From a virus (lineage: Duplodnaviria; Caudoviricetes): 62,806 bases of DNA. Below, piece after piece: positions 10,162 through 18,449 of the stretch (position 1 is the first letter of the stretch; each line of letters begins with the position of its first letter). The notes beneath the pieces are model-generated. The model saw only the letters and a program-made list of their open reading frames with translations, was not told the DNA's origin and searched no databases. Location of the stretch: positions 1-62,806 of IMG/VR virus record IMGVR_UViG_3300028840_002499, one strand, 5' to 3'. Position numbers and translations under genes: made by a program.

Positions 10162-11652
10162 CTAGTGGATGCTGATACGATTATACACCACCTCTTGAAC
10201 ATCATCACCAGTAGTGAGCCAACCAATGAGATAGCGGAGTGCATCGGGCAAGTGCCATATATCCTTGTCCTCGATCTTGTCGGTGAGATTACCATGCCGA
10301 TCTTCTAATCTCTTCATCACACCCAGGTCAGCGATGAGCCGAGGGCAAGAGTCATGGATGACCATCGACTCTTCTTTGAACAGTGCGTATACCTTTCTGA
10401 TCTGTGACCATACATCACTAACAGGGCAAGCACCCATCGGGAGGCCAGCACCAGTCCAGTCAACCCTTGCTTGTCTCTCACTTGGGCCACCACCAATGAC
10501 CCGAAGGATTTCCCCATCCTCAGCGCAAGCACGAAGGATTTCTACAACATGACCACGAGTGGTGCGACCGAAGGGCTGTTCATACTCACGGTACACATGC
10601 AATCGCTCTGTATCAGGATCAAAGGCAACCCATATAGCTGCGGTCATCTGTCCGATTGGATCAACACCAATAAGACCCTTGGGCCATTCCTTGGGGATGG
10701 GATGGGATGGGATAACATGAGTGGTACTGTCGAATACATCATAGATGAGGGAGCGAAGTTTGGCAGTGATGCCCCTGTAGAACATATCAAACTCATCAGC
10801 GGCTAGTTTACTCCTAGCATCCTCGAACTCTTCGATTGAGAACATGGGGTTGAGTACTGAATCGTATTGAACTAGGGTGACACTCTGATCCTCATTCTCA
10901 GTATGGGTCAATTCGGCGTGACCAACAGTATGCTTGTGAACCTTGCCGCCTTTCCTAGCAGGGTCAATGATCTGAGACTTCACCCACCCCAGATTGTAGA
11001 GAGTGGTGGTTAGGAGTTGACGGCCCCTGAACAGGGACAAGCGGCGAATGATAGCTTGGTATGCCTTGAGGGTGAATTCGTCTTGACCAGCCTCGTCCAA
11101 CCATGCAGCACGAGCAGTTGCAGATTCCAACCCGCCCATAGCACTAGCGGAGCGGAGAATGATCCTGCCCCACATTTTGTCTGTTGACTTGCTTGCCCAG
11201 AACTCGCCAGTTTCAGGATCGCATAGCTCAATGATCTTGTCACCTAACCAATAGCGACCACGGCCCAAGATGTTCTCAAAAACTCGTAACATCTCTGGCA
11301 GCATTTTCAGCTTGAACAAGTCGTATGATGAAGTGACGGCAATGTAGTCGTTTCCTCCATCTGGAGATGCAGTTCTGTCAATTTCGGAGTTCAACCACCA
11401 CGGCCCCCAGGATGTCTTACCAGATTGAGTTCCAGCGATTAGTGCAATGATGCGACTGGTGCTGTCGTACCCAATATTCTGCGCCAAGTGAAACGGTACA
11501 GGATCACCATCAAGCCCGATCAAGTGACGTTCAGGCCACTGTTTGACCTTAGCCTTCATCCTGGTCTTGTTCGCAGTGGCAGTCCGGTACTTGCTGACGG
11601 CCCTCCGATAGCGTGCCCCATCAAGTGTACTCAAATCAGGTTGCTGAGTCAT
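10162..11652 (-). CDS. terL: Terminase large subunit
   Basis: Walker A 'AGTQSGKT', Walker B 'AWLDEAG', nuclease 'GVDP' and 'HLPDALRY'. Confidence 0.93.
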   Translation of the reverse strand: MTQQPDLSTLDGARYRRAVSKYRTATANKTRMKAKVKQWPERHLIGLDGDPVPFHLAQNIGYDSTSRIIALIAGTQSGKTSWGPWWLNSEIDRTASPDGGNDYIAVTSSYDLFKLKMLPEMLRVFENILGRGRYWLGDKIIELCDPETGEFWASKSTDKMWGRIILRSASAMGGLESATARAAWLDEAGQDEFTLKAYQAIIRRLSLFRGRQLLTTTLYNLGWVKSQIIDPARKGGKVHKHTVGHAELTHTENEDQSVTLVQYDSVLNPMFSIEEFEDARSKLAADEFDMFYRGITAKLRSLIYDVFDSTTHVIPSHPIPKEWPKGLIGVDPIGQMTAAIWVAFDPDTERLHVYREYEQPFGRTTRGHVVEILRACAEDGEILRVIGGGPSERQARVDWTGAGLPMGACPVSDVWSQIRKVYALFKEESMVIHDSCPRLIADLGVMKRLEDRHGNLTDKIEDKDIWHLPDALRYLIGWLTTGDDVQEVVYNRISIH

Positions 11653-12220
11653 CGCCCACCCACACCCCAGCTCTCTCGATTAGTTCAATAGCAACACCCT
11701 CGCCGAAGTCATTACGTACATTGTCGGGCGTGATTGCACCAGTACGAAGCAGGTCGATGATCTCGTCCTTCCAGGAGAACACCACTTCTTGTGGCGAGTC
11801 CAGCCCAAGTATCTCACACCGTTTGTCAATACACCACTGTATGCCAGCCAAGAACCTGGGGTCACCAGCAAGTTTGTCCTTGGTGATAGTCTTTTCCAAC
11901 TTCTCAGCACTCCCTTTTGCTGGCCCACTCAGTTTGCTGGTTTCCCGCACACTCTCGCCCACTGACCTGCTCCAGGCCTCCCAGTACTCTAGCTCCAGTG
12001 CATCGATCTTGCCCAGTTCCATTGCCTTCGCAGTGTTGATGTCCACGAGTGCACTAGCCATCCACTGATCACGAAGTTCAGCCAAGTCACGACTCACAGT
12101 TGACTGTGAACACCCGATTTCACTCGCTATTTCCATCTGTTCAAGCCCCTGCATGTACAGCCGACTCACCTCACGGCGGCGCAGCTTCATGTCAGCGATT
12201 TGGTCCCGATTTAGTGCCAT
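11636..12220 (-). CDS. terS: Terminase small subunit (HTH)
   Basis: N-terminal HTH 'QMEIASEIGCSQSTVSRDL'; directly upstream of terL. Confidence 0.8.
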   Translation of the reverse strand: MALNRDQIADMKLRRREVSRLYMQGLEQMEIASEIGCSQSTVSRDLAELRDQWMASALVDINTAKAMELGKIDALELEYWEAWSRSVGESVRETSKLSGPAKGSAEKLEKTITKDKLAGDPRFLAGIQWCIDKRCEILGLDSPQEVVFSWKDEIIDLLRTGAITPDNVRNDFGEGVAIELIERAGVWVGDDSAT

Positions 12221-12286
12221 ATTTTTACCTAAGAGTTGTATATAGTTGTATGGTGTGGTACAGTGCGTTGTTAAACTAGTTAATAG

Positions 12287-12317
12287 TGTTGTAGCATAGG
12301 TGTGGTGGGAGTGTCAA
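12287..12317 (-). promoter_or_regulatory. Promoter of the packaging operon
   Basis: Minus strand TTGACA-18-(TGC)TACAAC. Confidence 0.5.
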
Positions 12318-12343
12318 GAGTGGGAGGGGGTGTTTGGGGAGTT

Positions 12344-12372
12344 TTGACGAATTTAATCCTATATGATATAAT
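12344..12372 (+). promoter_or_regulatory. sigma70-like promoter
   Basis: TTGACG-17-TATAAT with TG extension; shares AATCCTATATG with the promoter at 33489. Confidence 0.65.
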
Positions 12373-12442
12373 CTAGGTTAGATTATGATGAATACGAGAA
12401 GTGTGATTTTAGCGTGATTTTTAGTACTTTAGGAGAGTTAAT

Positions 12443-12991
12443 ATGAGTTATAAATTTGTAACGAAGAGAGGATATGCACTGTTGGATGTGAGTAGTGCAT
12501 TGCAGAAGAGTATTCGAAGAGGGGATGCAAAGATGGCGGGATATATGGCGATTGAGTTGTTTGAGAGTGGGTATGCGGCGTATGCTTGGAGGCGGTTGTT
12601 GACCATTAGTGCGGAGGATTGTTGGGGGGTGATAACGCATGAGGTGGAGGCGTTGTATCGGAGTTGGATGGTGATACATAAGAAAAAGAAGGGTGCGGGG
12701 AGAGTGTTTCTGGCAAAGGCAACTATTTTGTTGGCGCAGTGCAAGAAATCCAGGGATGCTGATCATCTTACGAATTTAGTCTATGATCCTGATGGGATGG
12801 ATGAGGAAGTGCAAGTGGCGTTGGATCAACCGAATTTGCCTAAGTTGGAAATTCCAGAGTACGCTTATGATGTGCATACAAAGAGAGGGAGAATTTTAGG
12901 GAAAACAAAAAAGGATTTCATGGTTGACGAGCAAGATGCCTTGAAACCCTTTCAGCCTGGGTTGTTTGATGATCTAGTGGAAAGAGATTAG
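12443..12991 (+). CDS. RarA/MgsA C-terminal-like helical domain protein
   Basis: 'SALQKSIRRGD...AWRRLLTISAED...LAQCKKSR' matches the RarA C-terminal domain; no AAA+ domain. Confidence 0.7.
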   Translation: MSYKFVTKRGYALLDVSSALQKSIRRGDAKMAGYMAIELFESGYAAYAWRRLLTISAEDCWGVITHEVEALYRSWMVIHKKKKGAGRVFLAKATILLAQCKKSRDADHLTNLVYDPDGMDEEVQVALDQPNLPKLEIPEYAYDVHTKRGRILGKTKKDFMVDEQDALKPFQPGLFDDLVERD

Positions 12992-13719
12992 TCCAGTTTT
13001 ATTTTCAAAGTTCTCTCGATATTCAAAGTCAGTCGAATAGAGTTCCTCTTAGTTACTACAATATTCAGGTACTTACCCCATTTTCGGAGTAGGCACTTGA
13101 TTTCGTCTTTGTCAGTAATCTTACTTCGGAACTCACTGTTGCCACCCTTCATGCTAAACAGATTGGCAATGAGTGAGTACCTGCTGTCAACGAATATGAT
13201 CCTGTCGTGTAGTATAGATTCAATGCAATAGTCTATATCTGCCCTAAGTTTGTTGTCTGAGTATCGATAGTCCCTACGACCGACAAACCCGATAGCGCCA
13301 CCCAACCAGGAACAGAGAGTGAATGGTTTAGTGGGAACATACTTTCTGTTATCAGCCATTGGATTGAAACCGAATACATGTAACCCCAAATCATAGGCAC
13401 AGTTAGCAGTGTTGGCAATGATATTCATGATTTCATGAGGATCAGTGATGTGGTATCCAGAAATCCCCATATTGCACCATAAGTCTTTTATGTCATCATC
13501 CGAAATGAACAAAACATCATCAGAATAGTTGTCTAATATCCATTGACGAACAGGCCCAACACCAGTAACACTGTCAGGGTGAGTAGTAACATTCTCACAT
13601 CCAACTTTCAAGTAAGCGTCGTACTCAGACTCGGCAACACACATGTCGGAGTTCACATAAAGACCTTGAGTTTTCTTGGCAGCATCAGGTCTGTTCTTTG
13701 ACATTATGACCACTTTCAT
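12988..13719 (-). CDS. GT-A fold glycosyltransferase, TAGT/GREB1-like (DNA base modification)
   Basis: 'VVIMSKNR', 'RQWILD', 'ISDDDI' DxD motif, 'DIDY', C-terminal 'GGNS...L.RKWGKY'. Confidence 0.7.
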   Translation of the reverse strand: MKVVIMSKNRPDAAKKTQGLYVNSDMCVAESEYDAYLKVGCENVTTHPDSVTGVGPVRQWILDNYSDDVLFISDDDIKDLWCNMGISGYHITDPHEIMNIIANTANCAYDLGLHVFGFNPMADNRKYVPTKPFTLCSWLGGAIGFVGRRDYRYSDNKLRADIDYCIESILHDRIIFVDSRYSLIANLFSMKGGNSEFRSKITDKDEIKCLLRKWGKYLNIVVTKRNSIRLTLNIERTLKIKLD

Positions 13720-14402
13720 TGATCGTCACCCTCTAGTAGTTCAGTCACACGTTCACCGAAGATCGCACGACCTATGCCAACCTTTTCAACCTTGTCACTC
13801 AGGGTGACTTTAGCTTTACCAATGTCGAGTAGTTCTATAATTCTCAACCAGTCCAAACGATTTCTGAATACCAGAACAAGATAGTCATACGACTCGTAAG
13901 GCTGCAGTTCCATCTCTGGGATTTCAATTTCTGTTTTTTCCTCTAGTATTTCATCGATGTCAGTGAATTCAGTACTAGATTCCTTGAACCCTTGGTCGAT
14001 TAGTTCCTGAGACTCAAACCCCCATCCGACAAGTTCATCGTACTCGTAAAGTTTTTTCATGTCATCCCAATTCCAGTCACCCATAGCGGAATTGTGCTTC
14101 ATGACAATGTACTTTTTTCTCTCTTCTTTAGTCAATTTGCGATTGGAGACTCTCACTTCGATTTCTATGTCAGCACCGAATTCATCCATTCGTAGCATCA
14201 CTTCGTCACGCTGATGACCGTCAACGATAGTGTTATCCGGCTCGATCTCATAAAGCTGCGAGTATCCAAAGTCGATGATAGACTGTTTCAGTCTTTTGGC
14301 TTGATCCTTGCTAAGATGTCTGGGGTTTTCATCCCATTTTATCAAGTCACCAAGTCTACGTTTTTCAGTTTTCCATTCGAGGGGAGGAAGATTTTCAGTC
14401 AT
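13716..14402 (-). CDS. ParB/Srx N-terminal domain protein
   Basis: 'W.ENPR....L..SI..FGY....IVDGHQR'; start at 14402 lies 7 nt after TGC-TATAAT (leaderless). Confidence 0.8.
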   Translation of the reverse strand: MTENLPPLEWKTEKRRLGDLIKWDENPRHLSKDQAKRLKQSIIDFGYSQLYEIEPDNTIVDGHQRDEVMLRMDEFGADIEIEVRVSNRKLTKEERKKYIVMKHNSAMGDWNWDDMKKLYEYDELVGWGFESQELIDQGFKESSTEFTDIDEILEEKTEIEIPEMELQPYESYDYLVLVFRNRLDWLRIIELLDIGKAKVTLSDKVEKVGIGRAIFGERVTELLEGDDQ

Positions 14403-14420
14403 ACTGTACATTATAGCATA

Positions 14421-14500
14421 AAATTAGTACTTGACATAAACCTATACTATTTGATATAATATTTATATCAGATAATCACTTTTTGAAATCGGAGAAAATT
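14421..14500 (+). promoter_or_regulatory. Promoter-operator-RBS module 1
   Basis: AAATTAGTAC-TTGACA-18-TATAAT, TATCAGATAA, TCGGAGAAAA. Confidence 0.8.
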
Positions 14501-15163
14501 ATGAACTACAAAGATTTACCCAAGAATGAACAACCCATCAACCGAGTTTGTGAATTAGGTGCAACTGCAGTTACCATTTCGGAGTTGTTTTCGGTCGTTC
14601 TCAAGAAACACGATAGAGACATCACCGACCAGTTAGCAGAGTTGTATCACAAGCGAGGTTCGTTAGCAAATATCACTGATAAAGACCTGACAGACATCAA
14701 AGGCATTAGTACAGCCAATGTTGCTACAGTTCGAGCCATCATTGAATTCGGTCGAAGAGAAACAGTTGAAAAGGAACCTCGCCCGAAAATTAGTTCTCCC
14801 GCCGATGCAGCCAATTTAGTAATGTACGAGATGGGTTCACTACAACGGGAAGAATTGTGGGTAATGATCCTGAATACCAGAAATGAAGTTCTGGAAATCG
14901 ACAAGGTTTACAAGGGATGTGTGAATGCTTGCACTGTCAGAGTTGGTGAATTATTCAAAAAAGCTATTGAGTTGAATGCTCCGGCAATGATCGTCCTACA
15001 TAATCACCCATCAGGTGATCCAACACCCTCCCCAGACGATGTTGGCATAACACGAGCCATTGTTGAATCTGGCAATTTGCTGGACATCCAAATACTAGAC
15101 CACTTAGTTGTCGGACAGGGACGGTTCGTGAGCATGAAGGAACGAAGATTGGGATTTAACTAG
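14501..15163 (+). CDS. radC: RadC-like JAB domain protein
   Basis: 'HNHPSGDPTPS.DD..IT....LLDI.ILDHLVVG' with N-terminal HhH. Confidence 0.93.
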   Translation: MNYKDLPKNEQPINRVCELGATAVTISELFSVVLKKHDRDITDQLAELYHKRGSLANITDKDLTDIKGISTANVATVRAIIEFGRRETVEKEPRPKISSPADAANLVMYEMGSLQREELWVMILNTRNEVLEIDKVYKGCVNACTVRVGELFKKAIELNAPAMIVLHNHPSGDPTPSPDDVGITRAIVESGNLLDIQILDHLVVGQGRFVSMKERRLGFN

Positions 15164-15189
15164 TTTTTAATTTAGTTCGATTTTAGTCC

Positions 15190-15259
15190 AAATTAGTACT
15201 TGACAAAACCTATACCATTTGATATAATATTATTAAATCGAGATCAAATGGAGAAAAAA
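15190..15259 (+). promoter_or_regulatory. Promoter-RBS module 2
   Basis: AAATTAGTAC-TTGACA-17-TATAAT ... GGAGAAAA. Confidence 0.8.
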
Positions 15260-15463
15260 ATGACCTACCATCAAATTATTGACCAACTTTCACAAGAAAT
15301 TGATTACAGTCTGCACTCATACAGTGCATACGATTTTGCAAGTGCCTTGGCACACGATCTACAATTTTATGGATTTTCCAAGGCTGGGTCAATCGGGATT
15401 TTATCGGATTTCTGCAGTGTTTCAAAAGATGACATTTTAGAAATCGTTTCACGAGTATTCTAA
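15260..15463 (+). CDS. Hypothetical protein
   Basis: ATG after the RBS of module 2. Confidence 0.6.
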   Translation: MTYHQIIDQLSQEIDYSLHSYSAYDFASALAHDLQFYGFSKAGSIGILSDFCSVSKDDILEIVSRVF

Positions 15464-15486
15464 TTAGTTACTTAAAGGAGTATGAA

Positions 15487-15735
15487 ATGCAAAAGGCAAA
15501 TGAGTTAGAAATTGGAATGAAGTTGATTTGCGGTAGAGTAAAGTACTTGGTAATGGAAGTGGAACTGGACACTGATACAGTTGTACTCAGGAATGAGAAC
15601 ACCAAAGCGGCCCATGACCACACTTTTCAATCACTAGATGAGATGTTCAACAGTGGGTTGGCATATGTAGAAAAACCATTCACCCAAAGCGACATTGACA
15701 ACGATGTAGCAAGTATTCTCGGAGGAATGTTCTAA
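15487..15735 (+). CDS. Hypothetical protein
   Basis: AAGGAG RBS. Confidence 0.6.
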   Translation: MQKANELEIGMKLICGRVKYLVMEVELDTDTVVLRNENTKAAHDHTFQSLDEMFNSGLAYVEKPFTQSDIDNDVASILGGMF

Positions 15736-15740
15736 TGTCC

Positions 15741-15819
15741 CAAAAGTTGAACAAAAGTTGATAACACGATTATACTATCTGGAACAGTCTATACAAAACT
15801 AATACCAGATAGTATAATC
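15741..15819. repeat. Direct repeat CAAAAGTTGA x2 plus perfect 15-bp inverted repeat with 22-bp spacer
   Basis: GATTATACTATCTGG (15768-82) / CCAGATAGTATAATC (15805-19). Confidence 0.85.
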
Positions 15820-15839
15820 AGTTTAAAAGGAGTTCATCT

Positions 15840-16049
15840 ATGAAAAAGAAAAAGAAGGAACCAGTGTACGGAACAGTCCAGGCTGCAGAGTTCCTTGGAT
15901 TGGCACATTCAACGGTCAAGTATCATATCTATGTGTCAAAGACACTAGTTCCAGATTTCACAGTGGGTAATCGGTTGATCTTCACTTGGGAAACACTGAA
16001 ACAGTTCCAACAGGATAAACGGCCTCAGGGTAGACCACAGGTGAGGTAA
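15840..16049 (+). CDS. Excisionase/MerR-like HTH DNA-binding protein
   Basis: 'YGTVQAAEFLGL...TVKYH....GNRLIF...L..F...R.QGRP'. Confidence 0.7.
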   Translation: MKKKKKEPVYGTVQAAEFLGLAHSTVKYHIYVSKTLVPDFTVGNRLIFTWETLKQFQQDKRPQGRPQVR

Positions 16050-16873
16050 TGGGTAAAACGAAAATTGAGTGGACAGATTACACATTCAATCCCTGGGTGG
16101 GATGTCATAAGATCAGCGAGGGGTGTGCGAACTGTTATGCTGAAAGACAGATGACACGGAACACCACATGGAGTAACACATGGGGGCCAGAAGTCCTTAC
16201 TCAGAGAATACCAACAGCAGACTCCAACTGGAGGAAACCAGTGCGATGGAACACCCAAGCGAAGGCACAAGGGAAACCACTATTCGTTTTTTCTGGCAGT
16301 CTTTGTGACATATTCGAGGAACATAGAGATGTAACAGATTCCAGGTCGCGTTTAATTGAGTTAATAGATTCTACTCCCCATCTCATATGGTTACTTCTTA
16401 CTAAGCGGCCAGAGAATGTGAACGATATGGTTCCCCCACATTGGCGTATGGTTCCACCAGAAAACCTTTGGATCGGCACGAGTGTTGAAAACCAGAAGAA
16501 TGCCGTCAATCGCCTAAGGCACTTTCGACACATCAACGCAGTTGTGAAATTCGTCAGCTATGAACCGGCAATTGGGCCAGTGAGTTGGAGTGGATGGGAA
16601 CCTTACCTGCAGTGGATGATTTTCGGTGGTGAGAGTGGCGCAAGATCAAGAGATGCAAACTCACGTTGGGCAATCATGGCAAAGAATTGGTGCGAGAGAA
16701 ATGGTATCCCGTTCTTCATGAAACAGATGGGAACAGCGTGGGCAGTGGAAATGCAAATGAGTAAGCAATACCCGAAAGGTGAAAACTTTGATGCGTTTCC
16801 AAAAGAGTTACAAGTAAGGGAAGTACCAGAAGTAGTGTATCAACCGAAAGGATCGGTGGCGGGCTTGTCTTAG
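16049..16873 (+). CDS. Phage Gp37/Gp68 family (DUF5131) protein
   Basis: 'TKIEWTD.TFNPWVGC.KIS.GCANCYAE', 'LLLTKRPEN', 'GGESG', 'FFMKQ'. Confidence 0.92.
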   Translation: MGKTKIEWTDYTFNPWVGCHKISEGCANCYAERQMTRNTTWSNTWGPEVLTQRIPTADSNWRKPVRWNTQAKAQGKPLFVFSGSLCDIFEEHRDVTDSRSRLIELIDSTPHLIWLLLTKRPENVNDMVPPHWRMVPPENLWIGTSVENQKNAVNRLRHFRHINAVVKFVSYEPAIGPVSWSGWEPYLQWMIFGGESGARSRDANSRWAIMAKNWCERNGIPFFMKQMGTAWAVEMQMSKQYPKGENFDAFPKELQVREVPEVVYQPKGSVAGLS

Positions 16874-16966
16874 CTTAACGGAACGGTAGAACAGGTCAAG
16901 GGTTGCTCGCTTTGCTCGCAAGTCCTTCGGACAAACCCTTGACAAGTCCTCCCTTATCCGTTGCTC
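16873..16966. repeat. Branched palindromic element (GTCAAGGG...CCCTTGAC), copy 1
   Basis: AACGGA..GTCAAGGGTT / AACCCTTGAC..TCCGTT enclosing a GTCC-TTCG-GAC hairpin. Confidence 0.6.
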
Positions 16967-17021
16967 GACAAACAAGCCCTACCCCCTCCCCAGGAACATC
17001 CATCGAAGTGCGAGAGTTGCC

Positions 17022-17222
17022 ATGAAACCATTCGACATCACATGCAATCAGTGCGGAAGTCAGGAAGTGTCATTCAGCATCCCAGACAGAAGTAACAAGA
17101 TGACAATCTTTTGTGACCACTGTCCAGCGAATTACACGATCCAACTGTTTTCAAATGTAGTCAAAAAGGTGAAACCGGCAGAGCCCCAACAAACGAGTTT
17201 TAAATTGGTACTTGACAACTGA
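17022..17222 (+). CDS. Zinc-ribbon protein
   Basis: CNQC..CDHC. Confidence 0.55.
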   Translation: MKPFDITCNQCGSQEVSFSIPDRSNKMTIFCDHCPANYTIQLFSNVVKKVKPAEPQQTSFKLVLDN

Positions 17223-17240
17223 TACCGAATAGACTAAGAT
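17202..17240 (+). promoter_or_regulatory. Promoter (variant module)
   Basis: AAATTGGTAC-TTGACA-17-TAAGAT; TAGAC before the -10, as at 22065. Confidence 0.65.
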
Positions 17241-17267
17241 AGAAAACGTAAGATAACAACTGAACGG

Positions 17268-17390
17268 GCGTGGCTGCCCGATATGCAACGAACAGGAAAA
17301 TTCTTTTTTCACTGGTCTTGAGTTCTACCCTATTCGTTGCAGGGAACAGCCACACAAGACCAAGACCGGTGAAAAGAGAATTTTTTTTGA
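17268..17390 (+). promoter_or_regulatory. Leader with two interleaved helices and a U-tract (attenuator-like)
   Basis: GTGGCTG..GCAACGAA pairs with TTCGTTGC..CAGCCAC; AAAATTCT..TCACTGGTCTTG pairs with CAAGACCGGTGA..AGAATTTT, followed by T8. Confidence 0.55.
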
Positions 17391-17536
17391 TTGTATCGGT
17401 TGGGTGCGAACATTGCGATTTATCGCTTACCGAGATGCCTTGTACAAATGGTAGATTTCCTGGCATAAATAACGCACAAAGAAAAATGGTTGGTGGGGTA
17501 CTCGACTGCTCCACCAACCAAAGGAAGTTAAGAATT

Positions 17537-18307
17537 ATGAAAATCGAAAGAGTTGTAATTTGGTTTAGTGCTGGAATTACATCTGCAGTTGCAGCCAAGA
17601 TTGCTACTATAGAATATTATAATGTTCATCCAGTACATTTAGTCAATACTGACACTGGAAGTGAAGATATTGACAACTATAGATTCATGGATGATGTTTC
17701 AAAGTGGGTTGGCGTAAATCTTGAAGTAATTAGAAATGAGAAATTTAACAATACATTTGAAGTATACGACAAGTTCAAGTTTTTTAAGAATCGATATGGA
17801 GCCCGTTGTACACTTGAATTGAAAAAGAATGTTCGTAGAAATTACGAGAACTTAGAAACGGATTTACAAATTTTTGGATATAGTTCGGATGAAGAAAAAA
17901 GAGCGCAGTTGTTTTGTGAAAACAATCCAGAAGTAAACACGTATTTTCCATTGATTGAACATGGAATTACAAAAGAGATGTGTCGCGAAGTTATTTTCAA
18001 ACAAGGAATATCAGAACCAAGAACTTATGGTTTAGGATTTAAAAATGCAAATTGTTTAGCTTTTGGATGCGTAAAGGGTGGAATGGGGTACTGGAATCAT
18101 ATAAGAGAAGTGTTCCCAGATGTTTTTTGGAAAATGGCAGAAAAGGAACGAGAGTTATCTTTTTCAATTAACGCAAAAGAAAAAGTTGAAAACGGAAGGC
18201 GAGTAAAAATTCCTATCTTTTTAGATCAGCTTGATAAAAGCGATGGCAATTATAAATTTGAAAAAGAAATACAATGTGGATTGTTTTGTCAAGACTACAG
18301 TCTGTAA
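17537..18307 (+). CDS. PAPS-reductase/adenine nucleotide alpha-hydrolase-like protein
   Basis: 'VIWFSAGITSAVA', 'DTGSED.DN.RF', 'CT.ELK', 'NC..GCVKGG.GYW', 'CGLFC'. Confidence 0.75.
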   Translation: MKIERVVIWFSAGITSAVAAKIATIEYYNVHPVHLVNTDTGSEDIDNYRFMDDVSKWVGVNLEVIRNEKFNNTFEVYDKFKFFKNRYGARCTLELKKNVRRNYENLETDLQIFGYSSDEEKRAQLFCENNPEVNTYFPLIEHGITKEMCREVIFKQGISEPRTYGLGFKNANCLAFGCVKGGMGYWNHIREVFPDVFWKMAEKERELSFSINAKEKVENGRRVKIPIFLDQLDKSDGNYKFEKEIQCGLFCQDYSL

Positions 18308-18314
18308 GGGAACG

Positions 18315-18395
18315 ATGAAGAGAAACCTAGCTTGTATACTAATAATTGCAATATTTATAGCTATATTCATTATTGTTGCCAATGGAGGGATTTAA
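18315..18395 (+). CDS. Hydrophobic micropeptide (26 aa)
   Basis: MKRNLACILIIAIFIAIFIIVANGGI*; below the ORF-track cutoff. Confidence 0.35.
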   Translation: MKRNLACILIIAIFIAIFIIVANGGI

Positions 18396-18449
18396 CTTGC
18401 ATTATAAACACATTTTTGTTATAGTTGAAATCACTGGAGAAAAACAGTT

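Noticed and set aside
13716-14402. ParB as part of a ParABS partition system
   Set aside because: No ParA and no HTH; the context beside a glycosyltransferase and terminase fits modification-associated ParB/Srx proteins
16873-16966. Calling this hairpin an attC (GCTTAAC...GTTGCTC)
   Set aside because: It lacks the R-L spacer and bulged L-box geometry and has no matching cassette start; kept as a separate motif
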